Shown here: positions 1 through 9,865 of the stretch, piece by piece | How positions within the stretch are numbered: position 1 is the first letter of the stretch | How the letters are laid out: every line of letters begins with the position of its first letter | NCBI RefSeq assembly: GCF_006345805.1 | Contig: NW_021824915.1 | Span: 1 to 17,515, forward strand | Direction of reading: 5' to 3' | DNA: 17,515 nucleotides | Source of the DNA: Octopus sinensis | Taxonomy: Eukaryota | Position numbers and translations under genes: made by a program | The notes under the pieces: model-generated | Told to the model about the DNA's origin: nothing | Databases searched by the model: none | What the model saw: the letters and a program-made list of their open reading frames with translations, nothing else

Positions 1-5
1 TATAT

Positions 6-138
6 ATATGCTTAATTTAAAGCAGCAGAAAATTCTACAAAACCTGTTACTCTGAGTTTCGTGTTGCCGTTCATCGGACAGTTTTTGCTCAGAGTAACAG
101 ATTTTGTAGAATATTTTGCTGCTTTAAATAAAGCATAT
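6..138. repeat. Long hairpin/inverted repeat (51-bp arms, 31-bp loop); probable Penelope-like element pseudo-LTR fragment
   Basis: Arm 6-56 (atatgcttaatttaaagcagcagaaaattctacaaaacctgttactctgag) matches the reverse complement of arm 88-138 at 47/51 positions with no gaps. The PLE assignment is inferred from the hammerhead-like motif inside it. Confidence 0.85.
39..86 (-). ncRNA. Minimal type I hammerhead ribozyme-like motif (degenerate copy)
   Basis: Minus strand reads AAAAA-CUGU-CCGAUGA-ACG-GCAA-CAC-GAAA-CUC-A-GAG-UA^ACAG-G-UUUU. Stem I is CUGU/ACAG (extendable by AAAA/UUUU). The core CCGAUGA carries a U4C variant of CUGANGA. GAAA is followed by stem III CUC/GAG with a 1-nt loop and a GUA cleavage triplet. 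Stem II has a GNRA loop but only 1 of 3 pairs. Confidence 0.55.
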
Positions 139-656
139 TACTCTACCAGTGGTATATTATATGCTTATACAAATTGATAAATAGACAGAAAGATAGATAA
201 ATAAATATATTGATTGATAGACAGATAAATTTATAGGCATACATATATCTGAGAAAGGGAGACAAATCTGATCGATTTATTAGTGAGGTATTTTGCTGAA
301 CGATACCTGTATACATCACATTTTCTCATTTCTACTCCTTTGCAGAAGTACAGTTATCATCATAAAATCCGTACACCAGGAGCATTTCGGCCCTGTTGCG
401 TGGCATTTCCTTTCATGGCAGTTGCAACTGATAACGACCAAAAGACAAAAAGTAAAATGCAGCAAATAAAATACATAAAAGCAAAATGAAAAATTTTGCT
501 ATATCACAGAAGGTTTAATTCTGGAGTACGATGAAAATGCCCAACGTTTCGGATAAAAGCCCTTAAAAATTTTATAGCCTACGGAAATATTTCTTAATTC
601 CTTATTTTATGTGTAATATATGACACGTAATATGGTAGTCTCTGTTAATGGAATCA

Positions 657-658
<2 letters not shown>

Positions 659-708
<50 letters not shown>

Positions 709-766
709 CAACAATAATAATAATAATAATAATAATAACAACAACAGCAACAACAACAACAACAAC

Positions 767-812
<46 letters not shown>

Positions 813-877
813 TTAATAATAATAATAATAATAGTAATAATAATAAAAAAAATAATAATAATAATAAGAAGAAGAAT
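659..877. repeat. (AAT)n microsatellite with AAC interruptions and a short (AAG)n end
   Basis: Direct inspection; produces the poly-N and poly-I ORFs at 602-923. Confidence 0.98.
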
Positions 878-881
878 TACG

Positions 882-1426
882 CAGTACCATGCAGTGGCTC
901 TCATGGCTTCTAATCTTAACTGATTGGAAGCATTATCATGTACATTGTTTTGTCTTGGTATAAAAGATGAGCTACAGCAAATATTCAGTTCAGTACCACA
1001 GATTTGCTTGTCAGTTGCTTGACCTTAACCAGTTGAGCATGTCCCTTAGTGGCTGACGATATGTACATCTCTGATCATGAGCAGAAGTAGTGGGGGAGCA
1101 TCATAGCCATGTGTTGAGAGGGATTCGTTGAGGTTTGAATAATTCACCTCAAGAAACATGCGTGTTTCGTTCAACATCCTTAAACAATCCTTATTCAGGG
1201 ACCTTTTGAGCGGGAAGGGTTACTGGACCAGAAGAAAATTCTAACTGGGCCCCATCTACAAGGTTATATGCTGTTTACCTTGATATAAGATCACCATGTC
1301 GCGCACATATGGTTGTGATGCATGTGCCTGGTGTACCTTTATCAGACGGGTAGTCATGATGGGTATATTGGGCTTCGTATATTTGACCTCAGTGTCACTT
1401 TGATGGCATGCACTGCTCTCTCACTC
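882..1426 (+). mobile_element. ~545-bp interspersed repeat with (AAT)n tail; probable non-LTR retroelement 3' end (possibly Dong/R4 clade) or derived SINE
   Basis: Complex-sequence block with higher GC than its flanks, embedded between two long (AAT)n tracts and ending ...gcactgctctctcactc(aat)n. Recalled as a high-copy octopus repeat. No ORF. The clade is inferred from the known TAA-repeat targeting of Dong/R4 elements. Confidence 0.65.
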
Positions 1427-1481
<55 letters not shown>

Positions 1482-1611
1482 TAATAACAATAATAATAAT
1501 ATTAATAATAATAATAACAATAATAATATTAATAATAATAATAATAATAATAATAATGATAATAATAACAATAATAATAATAATAAAAATAATAATAACA
1601 ATAATAATAAT

Positions 1612-1691
<80 letters not shown>

Positions 1692-1769
1692 TAATAATAA
1701 TATTAATAATAATAATAATAATAATAATAAAAATAATATTAATAATAATAGTAATAATAATAATAATAA
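1427..1769. repeat. (AAT)n microsatellite with recurring variant units
   Basis: Direct inspection; the block ATA-ACA-(ATA)3-4-TTA recurs four times. Confidence 0.98.
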
Positions 1770-2438
1770 ACGACAGTTAATTTTATGGTGAGATGGCGTG
1801 TGCTGTCTGTAATGTCGTATGTGATATATGTGTAGTGTTTAGCGTGTGTGAGATACTACAGTGGAGTGTGCGATTTAGTGTGGCGTGTACGACTTAGTGA
1901 AGCATGTGTGGTATAGTATGGTATGGCGTGCAATGTATTACTGAAGGGATGTAATGAAGTGTACGGTGGCGAACAACAAATAGCATTCATTTGCTAAAAT
2001 GGTATTGAAATAATCAATGCTAATTACAAATAAACTAAACGAAACAAATTCGACAAAACCCCGAAAATAAAAGATTAAGGAAAATATAATAAAACCAAGA
2101 ATAAAATACGATACAAGTATTTAATGACAGTTAAAAATTTCTTGACAAATTGACTGACTAACAACAACCAAAATAACAACAATAACCCAACCATCCCTAC
2201 CATCCGTCCCGTCCTCTCCGTGTGTTTTAACATGGTGGCTGCCTTTAACTGTTTCTTCTCCGCAGGAATCAATTTTCAGGCGGTGTTAATTGTAATATAA
2301 TTGCTAATGGTACTGCCAACTTTTTTGCACATATTTGCATAATGATGTCTTCGCGGATTTTAAAGGACTAATGGAATTATACAAAAGGGACTAACTACAT
2401 TGTCTGCCACATATACATTCGTGTGTGTGCAAACATAC

Positions 2439-2439
<1 letters not shown>

Positions 2440-2524
<85 letters not shown>

Positions 2525-2571
2525 ATATATAATATATATATATATACATACAATATAATATATACATACAT

Positions 2572-2603
<32 letters not shown>

Positions 2604-2890
2604 CATATAAAACACATATATACACCTATATATATATACATATATATATTAACATATATATATATGAGTGTGTGGATGTATTTTGCATACATACATGTGT
2701 ATATACATGTATGTTTGAATATATGTACATACATATGTGTGCATGTGCGTCTGTGGTTGTGTATATATATATATATATGCATATATGTGTGTGTTTGTAT
2801 ATATATGTACGTATGTGTGTGTATATATAATTGCGTGTGTGTGCGTGCGTATATAATTGCATGTATGTGTACATAGTATATAATTGTGTA
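2440..2890. repeat. Compound (TA)n/(TG)n/(CA)n microsatellite
   Basis: Direct inspection. Confidence 0.95.
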
Positions 2891-2954
2891 GTAACTGATG
2901 GAGTTCAGCAAAAGTTAATTGCGTTAAAACATTAATTTAACTGTTAATAAAGTT

Positions 2955-3012
2955 ACTACTGCTACAGCTTCAACTACAGCTACCAATGCTACGGCTAACT
3001 CTACTTCTTCTT

Positions 3013-3082
<70 letters not shown>

Positions 3083-3228
3083 CACTATTACCAGCACCAG
3101 CAACACCATCACTACTACTACTACTAATACTACTACCACCACCATTAATAGCATCACGACCACCACCATCACCACCACTACTACTACTACTACTACTACA
3201 ACAACAACTACTACTACTACTACTACTA

Positions 3229-3259
<31 letters not shown>

Positions 3260-3269
3260 GCTGCTGCTG

Positions 3270-3305
<36 letters not shown>

Positions 3306-3399
3306 TTACCAGCACCAGCAACACCATCACTACTACTACTACTACTACTAATACTACTACCACCACCATTAATAGCATCATCACCACCACCATCACCAT

Positions 3400-3430
<31 letters not shown>

Positions 3431-3465
3431 GATGCTGCTGCTGCTGTTGCTACTGCAGTTACTGC
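2955..3465. repeat. (TAC)n/(CAC)n/(TGC)n compound trinucleotide array with an internal ~218-bp duplication
   Basis: Direct inspection; the block accactattaccagcaccagcaacaccatcactac...taatactactaccaccaccattaatagcatca starts at both 3081 and 3299. Confidence 0.95.
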
Positions 3466-3480
3466 TTCAAAAATAATTGT

Positions 3481-3695
3481 TTCTAACATAGACTTAGGTT
3501 CAGAAACTTTTGTAGGAATGCCGAATACTCGACCATATTGGCTCCAGTACCTGACTGGTATTTATTTTAACGAGCTCGGAAGGATAAAAGCAAACTCAGT
3601 CTTCACGATAATTCGAAAGGAAAACGTAAAGAGCTAGAAATTATGAAAGGCATTTTTGTCCAAAGCGTTAACGATTCTACAAGCCCACACCGGTT
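3481..3695 (-). mobile_element. Degenerate tRNA-derived SINE, family B
   Basis: Shares ctaac(g/a)attct(a/g)c(a/c)agc with 11273-11289 and matches a recalled octopus SINE (…gcctttcatcctttcggggtcgataaaataagtaccag…) in reverse orientation; heavily diverged. Confidence 0.55.
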
Positions 3696-3696
3696 G

Positions 3697-3788
<92 letters not shown>

Positions 3789-3870
3789 ATGATGATGAGG
3801 ATAATGATGATAATGATGATAACAGCTACAACACAAATAAAAACAACAATAATAATAATAACGAAGAATA
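3697..3870. repeat. (AAT)n/(ATT)n head-to-head microsatellite followed by degenerate (GAT/AAT)n
   Basis: Spacerless perfect palindrome: 3697-3737 against 3738-3778, centred on aat|att. Confidence 0.95.
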
Positions 3871-3880
3871 TGATGATAAT

Positions 3881-4018
3881 AGGCGTAGGAGTGGTTCCAG
3901 GTTCAGTCCCACTGCGTGGCACCTCGGGCAAGTGTCTTTTACTATAGCCTCGGGCCGACAAAAGCCTTGTGAGTGGATTTGGTAGACGGAAACTGAAAGA
4001 GGCGTATATATGTATATG
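3881..4018 (+). mobile_element. tRNA-derived CORE-like SINE, family A, 5' part with an internal head deletion
   Basis: B-box-like ggttcagtccc, then CORE-like cacctcgggcaagtgtctt (cf. MIR core GACCTTGGGCAAGT). Collinear with the copies at 5822-5960 (+) and 14385-14540 (-). Confidence 0.9.
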
Positions 4019-4029
4019 AAGAAATGAAA

Positions 4030-4148
4030 CTCGTCAATAAATCGGACTAAGGCTACTGTAGAAGACAACGGACCAGGGCGCCACGAAGTAGGCTTGAACC
4101 CACGAAAAAATGTTTGAGAAGCAAGCTTCTTAACCACACAACTACGCC
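4030..4148 (-). mobile_element. Degenerate family A SINE head/core
   Basis: Reverse complement aligns ungapped to 3900-3960 at about 42/61. Confidence 0.7.
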
Positions 4149-4524
4149 AGCTGTCAAATACATAATCAAAACCCCACAACTTACAAAGATGCTTTATAAC
4201 CAAAGATGCTTTATAAGCTTCATCCCATTGAGAGTATCGTCGGGGTGCGCCTTTTGCCATAGCTTATGGCAATTTCCAGTAAAGTTGAGGAAATTGAAAG
4301 TCTACGGAAGGGATGAGTTATGCATGCAATAATCAAACAACCCGACTTTGATGCACACTGTCTATTCAGATACGAAAATGAATAATTTCAACGGTATACG
4401 ACAGTGTGGGATACTCAACCACCTACAAGTTATTTCAGTGACATGTACTGCAGTTGATATGCCGGTGTACCCATCAGGGAAACCTAGGGGTATATGAGCC
4501 TGCGTGTGTTCGTGTGTGCATTAG

Positions 4525-4531
<7 letters not shown>

Positions 4532-4567
<36 letters not shown>

Positions 4568-4573
4568 TATATA
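4532..4573. repeat. (TA)n microsatellite
   Basis: Direct inspection. Confidence 0.97.
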
Positions 4574-4896
4574 TTGGGTGTGTGTGATTGTGTATAGAAG
4601 AATATATTAATAAAAGGATTCCAACCTTGTCTGATTTTCACGTTTTATTTACAATCTTATAATGATATATTATAAGATAATATATTATAATTGAATAAAA
4701 TAAAATGAAATAGTAGAATGTTAAATGTTCATTCTGATTGAACTAGTACTTTCATGCATTGAATTCGCAATCTTCGGGTTCATGGTAGTGGTGACAGTCA
4801 TGCTTCACAATTTTTGACTGTAGCAAGATGATTCATATGACTTACGACACATACATACATTCAATATACACACATAAACATATATGTATATACATA

Positions 4897-5131
<235 letters not shown>

Positions 5132-5265
5132 CTTGAAGCCAAAACAAATTGTATGAGAAGGAGGGCTTTTTAACCACACAACTACGCTAGCAGAAAAATA
5201 CACAATCAAAATCCCACAACTTACTAAGACGCTTTAGACTGTCGGCATGCCCGGAAACTTTGTCG

Positions 5266-5589
5266 ATGGGAAGTGTGCCACCGACAGAGGAAACTGAGGC
5301 CCCTTCCAGGAGATATTATTTTGTCATCTTCTTCAAGAAGGAAGGGACAATACAGAGCTACATAGAGAAGTTGGATGAGCGGAGGGAGGAGCCCATGTCC
5401 TGGACAGAGGACGAGGATGAGGATGGGCCTCCGCAGGTGACTACGAAGGTCATATCGGATGTCGATATGGTCAGGGCGATGGACACCTTCTCGAAGAACA
5501 TGTATAGATACGTCTTCTGGGGCCCCGACCTGGAACTGGAGCATTGCCTAAGGGAAGCGTATAGCCTGGTCGAGGAAGAAGGAACTTAA
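5266..5589 (+). CDS. Orphan 107-aa acidic protein or protein fragment in a GC-rich island; probably from a mobile element or virus
   Basis: ATG at 5266 to TAA at 5587-5589, and the frame is open back to 5191. By hand count GC is 183/350 (52%) over 5241-5590 and GC3 is 72/107 (67%), against AT-rich flanks. The protein is not low-complexity (MGSVPPTEETEAPSRRYYFVIFFKKEGTIQSYIEKLDE…). No family recognised. Confidence 0.5.
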   Translation: MGSVPPTEETEAPSRRYYFVIFFKKEGTIQSYIEKLDERREEPMSWTEDEDEDGPPQVTTKVISDVDMVRAMDTFSKNMYRYVFWGPDLELEHCLREAYSLVEEEGT

Positions 5590-5821
5590 TTCATTCAACT
5601 ATGTGATTTAAATTGTAAAAAACTATTGTAAGAGGTTTAATACCTCATTTTCTATTTTTCTGAAGAACAATGTGTTAGAGAACCAAAAGTCGGCGGGCGC
5701 TTCTTGTTTCCTCCCATCCTTATCATCTTCGTTTCATAATCATTCAGTTCATTAATGTCCTTGTCCAGCCCGCAAAGCTACACTCTATGTACTTCCTTTA
5801 TGGCAAATATAATGAAATAAA

Positions 5822-5994
5822 ATAACTTGCTTCCCAACCACATGGTGCCGGGTTCAGTCCCACTGCATGGCACTTTGGGCATGTGTCTTCTACTATAGCC
5901 TCGGACCGACCAAAGCCTTGTGAGTGGATTTGGTTGACGGAAACTGAAAGAATCCCGTCGTATATATATATATATATATTATATATATATATAT

Positions 5995-6036
<42 letters not shown>

Positions 6037-6297
6037 CGACGTGTATATATATATATATATACGACGCATATATATGTGTGTGTGTATGTTTGCGTGTTTG
6101 TGTCTGTCCCCCCACCATCGATTGCCAACTGATGCTGGTGTGTTTATGTCCCCGTAATCTAGCGGTTCGGGAAAAGATATCGATAGAATAAGTACTAAGT
6201 TTACAAAGAATAAGTTCTGAGATAGATTTGTTTGACTAAAGGCAGTGCTCCAGCATGGCCGCAGTCAACTGACTGAAACAATTAGAAAAATAAAAGA
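5822..6297 (+). mobile_element. Near full-length family A SINE with an internal (TA)n/(TG)n tract
   Basis: Collinear with the reverse complement of 13993-14540: head ggttcagtcccactgc, core, internal microsatellite 5961-6090, and 3' part gatgctggtgtgttta…gctccagcatggccgcagtc…gactgaaacaa. Confidence 0.93.
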
Positions 6298-6299
6298 AT

Positions 6300-6637
6300 A
6301 TATATATGTATGCCTCATACATACACACACACATACGCACATTCATAGACACACAAACACAAACACACACACTCATATACCCGTATGCGTCACCCATGAG
6401 TACACCAGTACTACAACTGTAGTACATGTCACTGAATATATATATATATATGTTATATATTATATTATATATATATATATATAGGTGTGTGTGTGTGTTT
6501 ACAACACACACACCCACATATATATGCATACATGTCTATCTATTTATAAAAAGTATGTATACTTATATCTATGTATACACACACATAACATGCATGTGAG
6601 TGTGTGTATATATTATATATACATACATATATATATA

Positions 6638-6699
<62 letters not shown>

Positions 6700-6815
6700 C
6701 ACATAATATATATGCACATATATAGATGCATATTTATTTATATGTGTATATGCATATGCATATACATACACACACATGTTATATGTATATACATGTAAAC
6801 ACACATACACACATT
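6300..6815. repeat. Compound (TA)n/(CA)n microsatellite region
   Basis: Direct inspection; includes one complex-sequence island at 6372-6436. Confidence 0.92.
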
Positions 6816-7134
6816 CAATTTGTAAAGTGATTTTTTTTCTTTGAATGTATATATATGCATTTTTAAATATGGCTGTTGAAAATTTGAATTAAAATTAAAA
6901 TTAAAATGGTTTCAACGGAAGTCTTAGGAAAAACGGAATCGTTAATTGGAAAAACGCGCCATGAGAACAAAGTCTGCGAAATCCGGATTCTGCATCGCGT
7001 GCATCGTAGCAGAATGCTCGAAAATAATTGGGAAGCTTCACCGAATCACCAAAAGTGGTGGGAGTTTCGTTGTTGTTTTTGTTGTTGGTTTTTCGGTATA
7101 GAATCTAACAATTCCAAACTACAAATAAATACAT

Positions 7135-7137
<3 letters not shown>

Positions 7138-7180
<43 letters not shown>

Positions 7181-7250
7181 TCAGTGAAATAGAATAAATG
7201 TATAAAGAAATGAGAGATACAAAAATAAAATAAAATAAAATAAAATAAAA
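7138..7250. repeat. (TA)n at 7138-7174 and (AAAAT)n at 7222-7250
   Basis: Direct inspection. Confidence 0.93.
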
Positions 7251-7431
7251 TTTCTATTCCCATTGTTTCTTCTCTTAGAGTTTTCTGGACAGAATTATAA
7301 CAGAAATCGTATTTTGTCAATATTTTTTTCAATTTCTATAAAAGCTATTCTCATTCACTTCAGTGTATTCCCCAAACAAACTGTATATATATCTTCCGTT
7401 CCTCCACTCTACTTGACAGTCACACCCTCTC

Positions 7432-7744
<313 letters not shown>

Positions 7745-7789
7745 CAACATTGAGAGCAACTGACGATTAACTGAGATTACTATAAGCAT

Positions 7790-8100
7790 ACATACCACAT
7801 GGTGCGTGTATGTATATATGTATATATAATGTATATATGGTTGTGGTGTGTTATGTGTGCGTGTGTATGTATATATGTATATATCGGTATATATGTGTGT
7901 GTGTTGTATGTGTGCGTGTGTATGTATATATGTATATATATGAATGTGTGTGTATATATATATATATATATATACATATGTATACGTGAAAGTATGTATA
8001 TATCTATATCTATATCTATAGCTATCTGTCTTTCCTCCTCTCCTCTTTTCTCCCCCACTCTCTATACATACAAATATTATATATTATATATATATATATA

Positions 8101-8142
<42 letters not shown>

Positions 8143-8160
8143 ATATATTACATATACGCA
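7790..8160. repeat. Degenerate (TG)n/(TA)n microsatellite
   Basis: Direct inspection. Confidence 0.92.
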
Positions 8161-8449
8161 TATACTTTTATAACCACAAACACATATTGACATCTCACAT
8201 ACGGTATCTCTTCACAGTAGCTGTCAATCTCACATATACCTTTCCATTGAACCTTTCTTCCCTGCGCTCCCTCTTTATCCCGTAAACTCCCCAACCTATC
8301 TTCCGAATTCGTCCCCTCTCCCACTAATTCCCTTTTCAGCTGAACAAACACATATGTTTGTGTTTACAATATTACACGCACAAGCACACACAAAACCCTA
8401 CATTTACGTATGTATGCACATATGCCTTTACACACACACACCCACACCA

Positions 8450-8676
8450 CACATATATTATATATATATAATATACATATATATATGTATATATATATAT
8501 ATGTATATATATAATCTTATATATACAATATATAATATATATATACATATATATATATGTATATAATATATATATGTATATATACATATTATATATATAT
8601 ATATATATAATTATATATATATATATGTGTATATATATATATATATAAAATATAATATATATGTGTATATATTATG

Positions 8677-8714
<38 letters not shown>

Positions 8715-8805
8715 TATAGATCTGTATGATATGTATATGTATATATATATATATGTATATATATAATATATATATATATAAATATATATATTATATATAT
8801 AATAA
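8450..8805. repeat. Degenerate (TA)n array
   Basis: Direct inspection. Confidence 0.95.
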
Positions 8806-9174
8806 TGTAGTGTGAACTGGAGTGTGTCTATATACGTTATATGACGTGCGTTGGTTGCTGTATACAAAAATGTGTATGTAGTATATACATCAGTTGAGCT
8901 AACTCCAATATTAAATTACGTAAATATTTCATCAATATCGAAAGGACATTCACCCTTCGTCTAATGTGCACGCACCATGCCCCACTCCTATATACACACT
9001 CGTTTTAAAGACAGGCAGGCAAGCAGGCACATACACACACACACATATATATATTACTATGCATGTATACATACATATACATACATATATAGCGTAGTCC
9101 ATACCTGAGGCTTCACATCGTCGCTATTTTGTGTTTGACATTCTGAAGGCAAACTCTGCTTATTCGCACGCACA

Positions 9175-9337
9175 TATATCATATATACATGCCTGTGCAT
9201 GCATATACATATATACATATCTATATACGTATGTATGTATGTATGTATGTATGTATGTATGTATGTATGTATGTATCTATCTATCTATCTCTATATATAT
9301 GTATAATTATATACATACATACATATCTTATCAATAA

Positions 9338-9397
<60 letters not shown>

Positions 9398-9407
9398 TTT
9401 ATATACA

Positions 9408-9450
<43 letters not shown>

Positions 9451-9535
9451 GTATATTTATATATGTATATATATGTACATATATACTCACACACACAATG
9501 TATATACAAGTATATATACATAAACATATATGAAC
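9175..9535. repeat. Compound (ATGT)n/(TA)n/(CA)n microsatellites
   Basis: (ATGT)n at ~9228-9274, (TA)n at ~9342-9390, (CA)n at ~9405-9437. Confidence 0.95.
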
Positions 9536-9719
9536 GCACATAAGTTTACGATTGTAACACCGTGTGCTGTGTTGCGCTGTGTGCGTGTGGGTATGTATTG
9601 TGTGTGTGTGTGTCTGTTTATATGCCCTCGTATATGCGTTTCAACAAAGTGTAGAATATCTCGGTGAGGTTTCAAGCCCTTTTAGCGCATTTAATAATTC
9701 AATTATTTTCTATTACATT

Positions 9720-9726
9720 CTTATTA

Positions 9727-9757
<31 letters not shown>

Positions 9758-9772
9758 TTATTATTATTATTA

Positions 9773-9820
<48 letters not shown>

Positions 9821-9865
9821 TATCATCATCATTATTATTATTATTATTGTCATTATTTTTATTTT
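9720..9865. repeat. (ATT)n microsatellite
   Basis: Direct inspection. Confidence 0.97.

Noticed and set aside
2955-3230. Thr/Ser/Ala-rich mucin-like frame (act act…)
   Set aside because: No start codon or splice sites, a frameshift near 3229, and fully explained by (TAC)n decay.
3826-4260. 144-aa minus-strand ORF
   Set aside because: Read-through of two family A SINE copies and an (ATT)n tract.
4266-4500. Frame MAISSKVEEIESLRKG*… as a paralog of the 5266 ORF (EEIE against EETE)
   Set aside because: Four stops, only a few matching residues, and spacing from the duplicated block differs; chance.
4654-4678. 10-bp-arm hairpin atcttataat-gatat-attataagat
   Set aside because: Short and very AT-rich; expected by chance in this composition.
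5224-5544. 106-aa minus-strand ORF
   Set aside because: Antisense shadow of the GC3-biased plus-strand ORF.
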